Below, in pieces: positions 20,285-30,661 of a stretch of 64,000 bases of DNA. The translations under genes were made by a program, and so were the position numbers. The DNA lies in assembly GCA_045578185.1 (NCBI GenBank), contig JAZNJS010000051.1, positions 10,697 to 74,696 of the forward strand. Reading direction: 5' to 3'. Origin of the DNA: Clostridia bacterium. Its GTDB lineage: Bacteria; Bacillota; Clostridia; UBA1381; UBA9506. Positions within the stretch are counted from its first letter, which is position 1, and every line of letters starts with the position of its first letter. The notes under the pieces were generated by a model. The model worked only from the letters and a program-made list of their open reading frames with translations. It did no database searches and had not been told where the DNA came from.

Positions 20285-20926
20285 TTAGTTTTTCACTTTT
20301 GTTATCGCCATTCCGTCACCAATAGGGAGGATTGCAGTATCAAAACGCTCATCTTGGCAAAGCATATCCAAAAATTCCTTAAGCCTTGTAACAATGGTTC
20401 TGTGCTTATGCCCAACATCACCAGTTTCTGCCACCATACCACGATAAAGCACATTGTCCGTAACGATAATTCCGCCGGGTGCGAGCTTTAAAAGAGCTAA
20501 ATCAAAATGAATGGGAGACTGCCCCTTTGCCGCATCAATAAATATGAAATCAAATTTTCCCGGCAAGTTTACTATTTCTGTCTCCGCATCACCGTGAAGC
20601 ACGCGAATTCTGTTTTGCATACCGCAGGCGGAAATATTATCTATCGCCTTTACAAACATCTCTTCATCCCGCTCGATGCTTACAATCTGCGCTGTCGTTG
20701 CGTTCGCCATCAAAAGCGCAGAGTAGCCGATTGCGGTACCAAGCTCTAAAATACGCTCGGGGTTTATAATAGATACCAGCACAGACAAAAACCGTCCTGC
20801 CTCACGCTGAATAATCGGTACGAAGTTATCTTTGGCGAAGCTCTCCATTTCACTGAGTCGACCTGTCTCTTTTTTTACGGTCTTTCTTATATACTCAGTT
20901 ACCGCCTCATGAGTAATGTTTTCCAT
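20285..20926 (-). CDS. SAM-dependent O-methyltransferase family 3 (YrrM/TrmR-like)
   Basis: ILELGTAIGYS SAM motif and the FDFIFIDA motif. The ATG overlaps the recD2 stop (TAATG). Confidence 0.75.
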   Translation of the reverse strand: MENITHEAVTEYIRKTVKKETGRLSEMESFAKDNFVPIIQREAGRFLSVLVSIINPERILELGTAIGYSALLMANATTAQIVSIERDEEMFVKAIDNISACGMQNRIRVLHGDAETEIVNLPGKFDFIFIDAAKGQSPIHFDLALLKLAPGGIIVTDNVLYRGMVAETGDVGHKHRTIVTRLKEFLDMLCQDERFDTAILPIGDGMAITKVKN

Positions 20927-23139
20927 TAAAATATCTCCTCTGTAAGCCACTTTTTTAGGTTTGAGTATCTTTTTGCCTCAAAATCATTATCAACCATTTT
21001 TTCTACTGCGCTTTTTTGTCCCACCAGAGTTACAAAGTCTTTAGCGCGTGTTATCGCAGTATAAATAAGATTTCTGTTCATAAGCATTGGTGCTCCGTGG
21101 AAAACGGGCATTACAACTGCCGGGAACTCACTTCCCTGGCTCTTGTGCACAGTAATCGCATAGGCAAGGGTAAGCTCCTCGAGCATAGAATTGGGATACT
21201 CAACTTTTTTATCATCATCAAAAATTACCGTTACCATTTGCGCATCAATCTCGGATATATAACCAATATCACCGTTATATATTCCGACGCCCTCTTCACT
21301 TGAGCTGACACGTTCCCAGGCTATATCATAATTGTTTTTTACCTGCATAACCTTGTCGCCCTCACGCAGTATGCGGGACATAAACGACCTCTCACTCTTA
21401 TCTTTGCTTGGCGGATTAAGAGCTTTTTGCAGCTGTTCATTAAGCGCTATGACGCCTGCAGGTGTCTTTTTCATCGGCGATATTACCTGAATATCGTGCA
21501 TAGGGTCATATCCGTATGCCTGGGGCAAGCGCTCACATACAAGCTCAACAATCTTTTGTGTTATTTCCTCACCCGTTTTAGCACCGATAAAGAAAAAGTC
21601 CTTTTCTTTTTCGTTATAAACCGGATATTCGCCGTTATTAATTTTATGCGCATTTACAACTATCATACTTTCTTCCGCCTGACGAAAAACCGTATCAAGC
21701 TTTATTACGGGCACGATGTCTGATGCTATTATATCATCTAAAGCATTTCCCGCCCCAACTGACGGGAGCTGGTCGCTGTCGCCAACGAACACAACCCGTG
21801 CACCCGGTTTTATGCCTGAAAGAAGTGCCTGCATAAGCAAAATGTCAACCATACTAACTTCATCGACTATGATAACATCGTGTTCCAAAGGAAAATCGCT
21901 TCCTCTTCGGTAATCTCTTTCTAAGTCATCACCGGTATAGCCAAGTTCTAAAAGTCTGTGAATGGTCTTTGATTCCTCACCGGTCACGCTGCTCATCCTT
22001 TTAGCCGCTCTGCCAGTCGGCGCAGTAAGCGCAATGTCAAGACCACGCTTTTTGAGAAGCTTTATAATAAAATTAATCGTTGTCGTCTTTCCCGTTCCGG
22101 GTCCACCGGTAATTACAGTTACTCCCGATGTCAGCGCACACAATACCGCTTTTTTCTGTTTTTCTTCAAGTATAATGTCACTTTCCTTTTCAAGTTTTTC
22201 TATTTCGGAAAGCGCCTTGTCTTTTTTCTCTTTTCTTATATAACCGCTTATCGCTTTAATCTGCGTAGCAACATCTTTTTCACACTCATAATATACAGGT
22301 AGATATATGCACTCTGTCACGCCGTCATTTTCGCTCACTACCTGACCGTCTATAATCAATGACACGAGCGCATTTTCCACTTCCAAAGCATCTATAAGCA
22401 GCATTTTCGCTGCAAGCGAAACCAAAATCTCCCGTGGCAGATAAGTGTGGCCGCCACTTGCCGCATAAAACGACAGCGTGTATTTTATTCCTGAGCGCAC
22501 ACGGTTTTCATCTTCGGGCCTTATTCCCATATGGTGCGCTATGTAATCTGCGGTTTTAAAACTTATTCCCCGAATCCTTTCGCAAAGAAAATACGGATTA
22601 TCTTTAATTATTTTCACCGCATTTTCACCAAATGAATCGTAGATTTTAACTGCAAAAGCAGGAGTGATATTATACTTTTGCAGAAACAGTATAAGTTGCT
22701 CTTTTTCAAATATTTCAAGGTATGATGTGCGGATAGCATATGCCTTTTCCTCACTTATTCCCTTAATTTCAGCCAGTCTTTCGGGCATATCGACAATGAC
22801 CTGAAGACTTTCCTCTCCGAAACGGTCAACTATCTTTAGCGCAGTTGATTTTCTTACTCCGCGCACCACACCCGAGGATAAGTATCTTAAAATCTCGTCT
22901 CTGCCTGTCGGCTCAATCCTCTGGAAATTTTCAACCTTAAACTGCTCTCCATAGCTTGCGTGGTTTGTCCACCTACCGCTTAGAATAAGCATCTCGCCGA
23001 CTTTTATATATGGAATGTAGCCAACGCAAGTGATTAATCCTTCATCGTTTGCGTCAAAGTCAAACACCGCATACCCATTTTCCTCATTTGCATAAATTAT
23101 CTCATTTACACTTCCCTGATATGCGTCAACGTCCTGCAT
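20926..23139 (-). CDS. recD2: RecD2-type SF1B ATP-dependent DNA helicase
   Basis: 737 aa with an N-terminal OB/HhH region, Walker A GGPGTGKTT, IVDEVSMVD, VGDSDQLPSVG and a C-terminal AITVHKSQGSE motif. Confidence 0.9.
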   Translation of the reverse strand: MQDVDAYQGSVNEIIYANEENGYAVFDFDANDEGLITCVGYIPYIKVGEMLILSGRWTNHASYGEQFKVENFQRIEPTGRDEILRYLSSGVVRGVRKSTALKIVDRFGEESLQVIVDMPERLAEIKGISEEKAYAIRTSYLEIFEKEQLILFLQKYNITPAFAVKIYDSFGENAVKIIKDNPYFLCERIRGISFKTADYIAHHMGIRPEDENRVRSGIKYTLSFYAASGGHTYLPREILVSLAAKMLLIDALEVENALVSLIIDGQVVSENDGVTECIYLPVYYECEKDVATQIKAISGYIRKEKKDKALSEIEKLEKESDIILEEKQKKAVLCALTSGVTVITGGPGTGKTTTINFIIKLLKKRGLDIALTAPTGRAAKRMSSVTGEESKTIHRLLELGYTGDDLERDYRRGSDFPLEHDVIIVDEVSMVDILLMQALLSGIKPGARVVFVGDSDQLPSVGAGNALDDIIASDIVPVIKLDTVFRQAEESMIVVNAHKINNGEYPVYNEKEKDFFFIGAKTGEEITQKIVELVCERLPQAYGYDPMHDIQVISPMKKTPAGVIALNEQLQKALNPPSKDKSERSFMSRILREGDKVMQVKNNYDIAWERVSSSEEGVGIYNGDIGYISEIDAQMVTVIFDDDKKVEYPNSMLEELTLAYAITVHKSQGSEFPAVVMPVFHGAPMLMNRNLIYTAITRAKDFVTLVGQKSAVEKMVDNDFEAKRYSNLKKWLTEEIF

Positions 23140-23166
23140 CGGCTCACCCCCTTGATTATAGCCATT

Positions 23167-24093
23167 TTATAAACCAAAATCTAATAATATTCTCTCCGCC
23201 TGACCTACAAGGTCATCCGTCATACAGTCAAGCCAATGGTAGCGTTCATCTCTTTTAAACCATGTAAGCTGCCTTTTGGCATAATTTCTGCTGTTCTTTT
23301 TGACGAGCTCTATAGCATCTTCATAGCTAATTTCTCCGTCTAAATGAGATAATATTTCTTTATAGCCGATACCCTGCATCGACTGCATATCCGCCGTAAG
23401 CCCCATATCCCTAAGCCTTTTTATTTCCTCTATGAGACCGTCATTTAGCATAATATCAACACGGCGGTTAATTCTGTCATATAAAACCTCTCTGTCCGTG
23501 TTAAGCGCAAGCATTATCGGCTCAAACGGTGACGGTTCTGTCTTTGAATTTTCATTCTGCTCGGTGAGCGTTCGCCCCGTAGTTTCATAAAGCTCAATCG
23601 CACGGATAACACGTTTTATATTATTTGGATGTATTGCCTCCGCTGCTTTTGGGTCAATTTCTAAAAGACGTGCGTGCAGCGCTTCATTTCCTTTTTCCTC
23701 TGCCTCTTTATACAGTCTGTCTCTGAGTTCAAAGTCTGTTTCAGACTGTGTAAATTTCACATTATCAATAAAAGACGAAATATACAGCCCCGTACCGCCT
23801 GCAATAATCGGCAGTTTCCCTCTGGAAATTATGTCTTCTGCCACCTCGTTTGCAAGCTCAACATAACGCGCCACGCTAAAGCTCTCTTTCGGGTCTGTAA
23901 TATCAATTAAGTGGTGGACTACGCCCTCCATTTCCTCTTTCGTCGGTTTAGCGCTTCCTATGTCCATATATTTATAAATCTGCATAGAATCGCTCGATAT
24001 GACCTCGCCGCCAAACCTTTTTGCAAGCTCTACTGCAAGTCGGGTTTTCCCCGTGGCAGTAGGTCCTGCGATTACTACAATCTTATTATTCAT
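23167..24093 (-). CDS. miaA: tRNA dimethylallyltransferase
   Basis: IAGPTATGKT P-loop, SSDSMQIYK, and the GGTGLY motif. Confidence 0.95.
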   Translation of the reverse strand: MNNKIVVIAGPTATGKTRLAVELAKRFGGEVISSDSMQIYKYMDIGSAKPTKEEMEGVVHHLIDITDPKESFSVARYVELANEVAEDIISRGKLPIIAGGTGLYISSFIDNVKFTQSETDFELRDRLYKEAEEKGNEALHARLLEIDPKAAEAIHPNNIKRVIRAIELYETTGRTLTEQNENSKTEPSPFEPIMLALNTDREVLYDRINRRVDIMLNDGLIEEIKRLRDMGLTADMQSMQGIGYKEILSHLDGEISYEDAIELVKKNSRNYAKRQLTWFKRDERYHWLDCMTDDLVGQAERILLDFGL

Positions 24094-26069
24094 TATACAA
24101 TCCTCTTAAACTGCTTTTCTATGAACGTTTTGGTAAAAGCAATGGTAATTGGTCTTCCGTGCGGGCAGGTGTTTATGCCCTCAAGCGAAAATACTGCATC
24201 TAAAAGCACTTTCATCTCGCTCTGGTGGAGGCCGTGATTTGCTTTTATTGCTCCCTTGCAGGCGATACTGTAAAGCATACGACTGACTAAATCCTCGTCT
24301 AAATTTTTTCTGTTTTGTGATAGCATCGTCAGTATCTCTGCAAAAAGCTCGTTTATATCACGCTCTGAAAGCTCTTCAGGCGTCGCACGGACTGCGACGG
24401 CATTTGCTCCAAATTCTTCCACATCAAATCCAAGCGTCGCTATTTTTTCACTATATTCACGGTACAGCGCCATTTCCTGCGCAGAAAGCGTAACAACCGC
24501 AGGTATAATTAAAGACTGCGCCGCTATTTTTCTTTCTCTATACTGTCTTAAAAGTTCCTCGTATCTTAATCTTTCGTGCGCTGCGTGCTGGTCAACCATC
24601 AAAAGCTCTCCGTCTTTTTCAACGAGAATATATGTGTCAAAAACCTGACCGCATATTTTATATTCAATTTCTTTTTTAGCTTCTTTTTCTCCTGTTTCCC
24701 ACTTAGTTTCCTGCTCTTTTACCTCTTCGGTTTCGTCAAAGATAACAACACTCTCTGCAGGTGCTTTGTCTTCTGCTTTTTCTTCAAGCACGCTATACGG
24801 CGCCGCTTTAGCTGCAGCCGCCGGCGGCACAAACTCAGGAATCGGCCACTCGATTGCAGGCTCACGCACAGTAGTTTCCGGACGCGTCCATTTATTTTCA
24901 TTTTTCAGGGCAGCATTTATATGTATCGGTTTTGCTTCGGTTACTTTAGATACTTCTTTTTTTGTTTCCTCTTTTTTCGGCGCTATGACCTCTGACATAT
25001 GAATAGGCTCTGCCGTCTCTTCTTTTGTCGGCATTGTAAAGCTTGTCTTTTTTATATCCGCAGTAACCTTGGGAATCTCTACCCCCTGGCAAAGCGCATT
25101 TTTAACCGCCCAGTAAACACAGTGATAAATATGCTTTTCATCGGCAAACTTTGCCTCAAGCTTTGTCGGGTGAACATTTATATCCACTAGTGATGGGTCA
25201 AGCTCAACGCTTAATACGCAAACCGGGAATTTGCCGACCATCACTTCGTTTTTGTAAGCATCTTCCGTTGCTCTAGCAAGTAGCGGACTTTTTATATAGC
25301 GTCCGTTTATAAAAAAGTTCTGCATATTACGGTTTGGACGTGAAATGCTCCCTCTGCCGACAAGACCGTGCACCTTTACCGGTGATTCATTAAAATCTGC
25401 CGGCATCATAGCAGTAGCTACATCTTTTCCGTACACAGAATATACACAGGCGGAGAGTCCTCCCTGACCGTCAGTAAAGAGTGCTTCCTTGCCGTTGTTT
25501 ATCAGTTTAAACGAAATATCAGGGTGAGAAAGTGCCAGACGGTCGAGCATATCTTTAATATATCCAGCCTCGGTAAAATCTTTCTTTAAAAATTTCATAC
25601 GGGCAGGTGTCGAACAGAACAAATCACGCACAATGATAGTTGTACCCAAAGGACAACCCGCCTCGCCAATATCCGTTATTTCTCCGCAGACGGATGACAG
25701 GTGAGTACCTGTTTCATCATCTGCTGATTTAGTATATATATCAAGATTTGAGACAGCTGCGATGCTCGCTAATGCCTCGCCACGAAAACCGAGTGTTTTA
25801 ATCGCCCCTAGGTCATCCGCTGTGGTAATTTTACTTGTTGCGTGGCGCAAAAGACAAGTCTCGGCATCTTCTCTGCTCATGCCGACGCCGTCATCTGCCA
25901 CACGAATATAGGTTATTCCGCCGGATTTTATTTCAACAGTAATATGTTTTGCTCCTGCATCCATAGAGTTTTCCAAAAGCTCTTTTACAACGGACGCCGG
26001 TCTTTCCACAACCTCACCTGCAGCAATCATATTGGAAACTGTCTTATCAAGTACGCGTATTTTTCCCAT
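24093..26069 (-). CDS. mutL: DNA mismatch repair protein MutL
   Basis: GHKL ATPase N-terminus (IAAGEVVERPASVVKELLENS.DAG), a low-complexity linker, and a C-terminal dimerisation/endonuclease domain (DQHAAHERL). Confidence 0.95.
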   Translation of the reverse strand: MGKIRVLDKTVSNMIAAGEVVERPASVVKELLENSMDAGAKHITVEIKSGGITYIRVADDGVGMSREDAETCLLRHATSKITTADDLGAIKTLGFRGEALASIAAVSNLDIYTKSADDETGTHLSSVCGEITDIGEAGCPLGTTIIVRDLFCSTPARMKFLKKDFTEAGYIKDMLDRLALSHPDISFKLINNGKEALFTDGQGGLSACVYSVYGKDVATAMMPADFNESPVKVHGLVGRGSISRPNRNMQNFFINGRYIKSPLLARATEDAYKNEVMVGKFPVCVLSVELDPSLVDINVHPTKLEAKFADEKHIYHCVYWAVKNALCQGVEIPKVTADIKKTSFTMPTKEETAEPIHMSEVIAPKKEETKKEVSKVTEAKPIHINAALKNENKWTRPETTVREPAIEWPIPEFVPPAAAAKAAPYSVLEEKAEDKAPAESVVIFDETEEVKEQETKWETGEKEAKKEIEYKICGQVFDTYILVEKDGELLMVDQHAAHERLRYEELLRQYRERKIAAQSLIIPAVVTLSAQEMALYREYSEKIATLGFDVEEFGANAVAVRATPEELSERDINELFAEILTMLSQNRKNLDEDLVSRMLYSIACKGAIKANHGLHQSEMKVLLDAVFSLEGINTCPHGRPITIAFTKTFIEKQFKRIV

Positions 26070-26094
26070 CGCCGTCTCCTTTCTAATCTTTGGT

Positions 26095-27129
26095 TTATGC
26101 TCTGAATTTTAAAACATCCATCACCGCAATCATTATCGAAAGCAATATTAAAATTGCAAAACCCGCAAAGTGAATCATACCCTCTTTTTCAGGCGGTATT
26201 TTTTTGCCGATTATCATTTCAACAAGAACAAATAATATGCGTCCGCCGTCAAGTGCGGGTATTGGCAGCAGATTGAAAATTCCTAAATTTATCGTAAGCA
26301 GTACGGCAAGGTTTATAAGATTTAAAAATCCTTCCATACCGGTTTTCGCCGTTTCCTGAACTGCCGAGCCTATCTCTGAGACTATGCCTATAGGCCCAGA
26401 AAGCTGCGAAATTTCTACGTTTCCACGAAACAGGTCAACTATCGAGCTTATTATCAGTTTGCCGTAGAAAAAGGTTCCGTGGTATGCCGTCTTTAGCGAC
26501 TGACCGACATTATTTTCGGCAGATGCGAGCGTAAAACCAAAACGATACGCACCGTCTGTCTCACGCGGCGTTACCAAAATAGTCATCTTCTCTGTACCAC
26601 GCTTTACTAAAAACTCTGTCACCCTGGCTCCTCTTCTTCCCGCCTCCCAGGTGACTTCTGCAGCAATATTTGTTCTCTTACCTGCAATCTTTATAATTTC
26701 ATCGCCCGGCATAAGTCCGCTTTCATAAGCCGCCGAACCTGTTTCTACCGACCCTATCACATTTGTCGCCATATGGCTGCCCTGCGTCATCATAAAAAAC
26801 AATAGCACAAAGCCGAGCAAAATATTCATAAACGCGCCTGCCGCAAGCACCAAAAGTCTCTGCCAGGCGGGTTTGTTATTGATAGCTTTCGGGTCATCAG
26901 AGTCCTTGTCCTCGCCCTCCATAGCACAAAAACCGCCAATAGGAATCGCACGAATGCTATAACGTGTTTCGCCCTTTCCCCAGGAAAGGACCTTTGGCCC
27001 CATGCCTATCGCAAACTCAAGAACCCTGATTCCCACCAGCTTTGCAACAATAAAGTGTCCAAACTCGTGCACAAAAATCATAAGTGCAAAAATAAGTATG
27101 GCAGCGGCAATCGTCAAAACAGTAGTCAT
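26095..27129 (-). CDS. rseP: RIP site-2 zinc metalloprotease
   Basis: HEFGH motif in TM1, a PDZ domain, and the NLLPIPALDGG motif. Confidence 0.92.
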   Translation of the reverse strand: MTTVLTIAAAILIFALMIFVHEFGHFIVAKLVGIRVLEFAIGMGPKVLSWGKGETRYSIRAIPIGGFCAMEGEDKDSDDPKAINNKPAWQRLLVLAAGAFMNILLGFVLLFFMMTQGSHMATNVIGSVETGSAAYESGLMPGDEIIKIAGKRTNIAAEVTWEAGRRGARVTEFLVKRGTEKMTILVTPRETDGAYRFGFTLASAENNVGQSLKTAYHGTFFYGKLIISSIVDLFRGNVEISQLSGPIGIVSEIGSAVQETAKTGMEGFLNLINLAVLLTINLGIFNLLPIPALDGGRILFVLVEMIIGKKIPPEKEGMIHFAGFAILILLSIMIAVMDVLKFRA

Positions 27130-27149
27130 AAAAAACCTCCGGATTAAAT

Positions 27150-27184
27150 AAAAAACCCCGAACAGAATATATAAATGTCCGGGG
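27150..27184 (-). terminator. Terminator or attenuator hairpin between dxr and rseP
   Basis: Minus-strand CCCCGGAC...GTTCGGGG hairpin followed by TTTTTTATTT, just before the rseP RBS. Confidence 0.55.
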
Positions 27185-27225
27185 CAGAAAAACCGTAATT
27201 TCTGCAGGCAAAACCATCCTGCCCG

Positions 27226-28404
27226 CTATATGGCAGTATTTATCTTATGCAAAATGCTCCGGACATATTCTCTTGCCCAGCTGTCTGCCTCTAAAATGTC
27301 TGAAAGCGCAGGATTTTCTTTTAACTTATGATTTTCCATAGCGCCGGATACAACATCTGCAATCTGTAAAAACTTTATTTTATCCTGTAGAAATAGCGAT
27401 ACTGCTTCCTCATTTGCTCCGTTTAAGACGGTCGGCATTGTTCCACCGATTTTTCCTGCACGGTATGCAAGGTCAAGGCAGCAAAACGTATCTGTATCAG
27501 GCTTATCAAAAGTGAGAGGACCGGATGTGAGCAAATCGAGCTCGTTGCCCTCCATCTTCATTCTTTTTGGGTATGTAATTGCATACTGAATAGGCAGTTT
27601 CATGTCAGGTGCGCCAAGCTGCGCGATAACAGCATTATCAGTAAATCGCACCATAGAGTGAATTATGCTCTGGCGGTGAACCAAAACCTCAACCTTTTCA
27701 AGCGGCATACTAAAAAGATGCGCCGCCTCTAAAACCTCAAGGCCTTTATTCATAAGTGTTGCACTGTCAATCGTAATTTTAGCGCCCATCTCCCAGTTGG
27801 GATGAGCCAGTGCCTGCGCACGGGTTACATTTAAAAGTTCCTCGCGACTCTTCCCAAAAAAAGGACCGCCCGAAGCAGTAAGAATGATTGCGTCTACTTC
27901 TTTTTCGTAATCGTTTTTGTTTACTCTTGCGGCAAGGCTTTGAAAAATTGCGCTGTGTTCACTATCAACCGGAATAAGCTCCGCACCGCATAAAGCCGCC
28001 TCACGCATTACTATTTCTCCACCCGTAACTAGCGTTTCTTTATTAGCAAGCGCTATGCGTTTGCCCTTTTTAATCGCTGCCAGCGTTGGTTTTAAGCCTG
28101 CAATTCCCACTATGCCAGTTACAACCGTATCGCTTTTATTGCTTTCGGCAAGCTCTATAAGTCCGTCTGCGCCTGACAAAATCTTAATCTCTGTATCCCT
28201 AAGCTTTACCTTAAGCTCTCTTGCCTTTTCCTCGCAAACAACACATACCTTTTCCGGTTTCCACCTTCTTGCCTGCTCTTCCAGCAGATCTATCTTCGAG
28301 TATGTCGAAAGTCCGTCAGGGCACACGCCCTCCATCTTCTCCATCACCTCAAGCGTCTGCACGCCAATAGAGCCGGTTGAGCCTAAAACGGTAATATATC
28401 TCAT
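27226..28404 (-). CDS. dxr: 1-deoxy-D-xylulose-5-phosphate reductoisomerase
   Basis: LGSTGSIG NADPH motif, LANKE, DSEHSAIFQ and HPNW motifs. Confidence 0.96.
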   Translation of the reverse strand: MRYITVLGSTGSIGVQTLEVMEKMEGVCPDGLSTYSKIDLLEEQARRWKPEKVCVVCEEKARELKVKLRDTEIKILSGADGLIELAESNKSDTVVTGIVGIAGLKPTLAAIKKGKRIALANKETLVTGGEIVMREAALCGAELIPVDSEHSAIFQSLAARVNKNDYEKEVDAIILTASGGPFFGKSREELLNVTRAQALAHPNWEMGAKITIDSATLMNKGLEVLEAAHLFSMPLEKVEVLVHRQSIIHSMVRFTDNAVIAQLGAPDMKLPIQYAITYPKRMKMEGNELDLLTSGPLTFDKPDTDTFCCLDLAYRAGKIGGTMPTVLNGANEEAVSLFLQDKIKFLQIADVVSGAMENHKLKENPALSDILEADSWAREYVRSILHKINTAI

Positions 28405-28416
28405 AGTGAATCTCCT

Positions 28417-29244
28417 TTATCTGATAACAGGCAAGTATAAAATAAAATAATATACTAAGGGCGCTACAAAAATTAGACTGTCAATTCTATCTAATATGCC
28501 GCCGTGACCAGGAATCAGATTTCCAAAATCCTTAATGCCGTACTCTCTTTTAATGAGCGAAGCCGACAAATCTCCAAGTTGCGCAATCACGCCGCAAAAT
28601 ACTGACAAAACAAGAAGCAACAGATAGTTTATACTGCGTCCGTAAACATTATTAAGCACAAGACCAAATGCCATTGTAATAATAACGCAACCGACAACTG
28701 CACCAATTGCGCCCTCTACCGTCTTTTTCGGGCTTATGCTCGGACAGAGCTTGTGTTTGCCGAAAAGCAGACCTGAAAAATATGCAAAGGTATCAGGCAT
28801 CCACGCACAAAGAAACGGCAGAAAAACCAAAAGTTTACCATGTTCCGTTTCCCTTATCAATGCAACATGGTATAAAAACAGTACGGAATATATGAGCATA
28901 AAAAATGCCGCACATACATCGCCGAATTTTATTTTCTCGTGCCAGAAAATAGCCGAAATAAGAAGAAACATAGCATAGGCAACTAAAATCAGCATTAAAA
29001 GCGCTCCGCTATTCTTTGCAAAAAACAGTGCCAGTAGCGCAATAATAGCAAATGCATACTCAATTACTGCAAGCTGAGGTTTTTTATTATGCCCGAATGT
29101 TGTAATGAGCTCATAAATAGACACAACACACGCCAGAGAAACCACAATGTTAAACGCCCACGCACGAGTGTATAAAATAATCAGGATTAAAAGTGCTGCG
29201 CCTATTACGCCGCTTGCCACTCTAGTTCCAAGTTTTGACCACAT
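28417..29244 (-). CDS. cdsA: Phosphatidate cytidylyltransferase
   Basis: Polytopic membrane protein with the C-terminal signature SL.KR..G.KD.G.L.PGHGG.LDR.DS. ATG at 29244 lies 5 nt after GGAGG. Confidence 0.9.
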   Translation of the reverse strand: MWSKLGTRVASGVIGAALLILIILYTRAWAFNIVVSLACVVSIYELITTFGHNKKPQLAVIEYAFAIIALLALFFAKNSGALLMLILVAYAMFLLISAIFWHEKIKFGDVCAAFFMLIYSVLFLYHVALIRETEHGKLLVFLPFLCAWMPDTFAYFSGLLFGKHKLCPSISPKKTVEGAIGAVVGCVIITMAFGLVLNNVYGRSINYLLLLVLSVFCGVIAQLGDLSASLIKREYGIKDFGNLIPGHGGILDRIDSLIFVAPLVYYFILYLPVIR

Positions 29245-29266
29245 AACGTCCTCCAATCTTCAGCGC

Positions 29267-30031
29267 TTACACGCCGCCAAAACGTCTGTTTCTGTTTTGA
29301 TAATCTAAAATTGCTTTTGCAAAATCCTTTGTCGTAAAGTCAGGCCAGTTAATATCAGAATACCAGAATTCGCTGTACGCTGACTGCCAAAGTAAAAAAT
29401 TACTTAGTCTCTGCTCGCCGCTGGGACGGATGATAAGGTCAGCATCAGGAACATCAGGGGTATAAATTCTTTCAGAAATCATTTCCTCCGTAATATCTTT
29501 AGCCGATATTTCACCCTTTACTGCCTCATTCACCATAGATTTTACGGCTTTTGCAATTTCCTGTCTTCCGCCGTAATTAATCGCAAGATACAAAATCATA
29601 CCGTCACGGTCTTTTGTGTAATCCTCTATAACATCAATTTCATGATTTATCTCATCGCTTAGTGCGCTTTTGTCACCAATTACGCGAATGGTAACATTCT
29701 TACCTGCAAGCTGCTCTTTATCACGAAGATAATCAAGGAGTAGCGCCATTAGCGCATCGACCTCTTCTTTGGGTCTTTTCCAGTTTTCCGTGGAAAATGC
29801 ATAGGCAGTTATGTACTTAATTCCAAGCTCGCCGGCATACTCTGTTATCGTCTTTAAGTTCTGCGCGCCCGCTCTGTGACCTGCACTTCTTGGCAGACCT
29901 CTCTTCTTTGCCCAGCGTCCGTTTCCGTCCATAATAATACCGACGTGTTTAGGCAGATTATCTTTGTCAATTTCTTTTTCGAGTGCTCCGACTGTCAATT
30001 TATGCGATAGTTTTTTTAAAATAACAATCAC
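29267..30031 (-). CDS. uppS: Undecaprenyl-diphosphate synthase (cis-isoprenyl transferase)
   Basis: HVGIIMDGNGRWA, FSTENW.RP and RLSNFLLWQ..YSE motifs. The start codon is uncertain (GTG at 30031). Confidence 0.92.
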   Translation of the reverse strand: MIVILKKLSHKLTVGALEKEIDKDNLPKHVGIIMDGNGRWAKKRGLPRSAGHRAGAQNLKTITEYAGELGIKYITAYAFSTENWKRPKEEVDALMALLLDYLRDKEQLAGKNVTIRVIGDKSALSDEINHEIDVIEDYTKDRDGMILYLAINYGGRQEIAKAVKSMVNEAVKGEISAKDITEEMISERIYTPDVPDADLIIRPSGEQRLSNFLLWQSAYSEFWYSDINWPDFTTKDFAKAILDYQNRNRRFGGV

Positions 30032-30043
30032 CCCAATAATGCC

Positions 30044-30077
30044 CTAAAAGGGGCGCCGCAAACGGCGTCCCTTTTAG
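30044..30077 (-). other. Strong intergenic hairpin between frr and uppS
   Basis: 15-bp stem ctaaaaggggcgccg / cggcgtcccttttag (one G-U) with a 4-nt loop. No clean T-tract, so a terminator role is uncertain. Confidence 0.4.
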
Positions 30078-30095
30078 CAGGCAGCATAAAATTTA

Positions 30096-30641
30096 TTATA
30101 CTTCCATAATCTCTTTTTCTTTTTTTGCGGCTATCTGGTCGATGTCTTTAATGTATTTATCTGTAATATCCTGAACATCCTTTTCGCAGCCTTTTAAATC
30201 ATCCTCAGTAATCTCGCCGAGCTTCTTCTGGTTTTTAAAAGCGTCAATTGCATCACGGCGAATACCGCGGATAACAACCTTGCCGTCTTCAGCACGCTTT
30301 GAGATTGATTTTGCAAGCTCACGTCTGCGCTCCTCTGTAAGCGGCGGGAAATTCAATCTGATAGATTTTCCGTCATTGTTCGGTGTAATTCCGATATCAG
30401 CTGCTAAGATTGCTTTTTCAATCTCACGAAGAATGCTTGCATCCCACGGCTGAATCATAAGTGTACGAGCCTCGGGAACAGAAATTGTTCCAACCTGACC
30501 TACCGGTGTCAGTGAGCCGTAATAATCAACCGTAACTCTGTCTAATATAGCAGGGTTTGCTCTTCCTGCACGGATTGCCGCATAGTCAGACTCAAGTGCC
30601 ACAATCGCTTTGTCCATTTTTGCTTTTATTTCTTCATACAT
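30096..30641 (-). CDS. frr: Ribosome recycling factor
   Basis: 181 aa; RAGRANP..LD.V.VDYYG and PPLTEERR motifs. Confidence 0.96.
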   Translation of the reverse strand: MYEEIKAKMDKAIVALESDYAAIRAGRANPAILDRVTVDYYGSLTPVGQVGTISVPEARTLMIQPWDASILREIEKAILAADIGITPNNDGKSIRLNFPPLTEERRRELAKSISKRAEDGKVVIRGIRRDAIDAFKNQKKLGEITEDDLKGCEKDVQDITDKYIKDIDQIAAKKEKEIMEV

Positions 30642-30661
30642 AATTTAAATACCGCCTTTCA

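Noticed and set aside
20285-23139. RecD2 helicase plus methyltransferase considered as a defence-type helicase/MTase pair
   Set aside because: The methyltransferase is a small-molecule/tRNA O-methyltransferase type (YrrM-like) and has no DNA MTase motifs. Both genes sit in a conserved housekeeping string (mutL-miaA-recD2-...-pth-mfd).
24576-25190. Plus-strand ORFs of 60-139 aa with low-complexity sequence
   Set aside because: They are antisense to the mutL linker region, have repetitive F/S/R-rich translations and lack RBSs.
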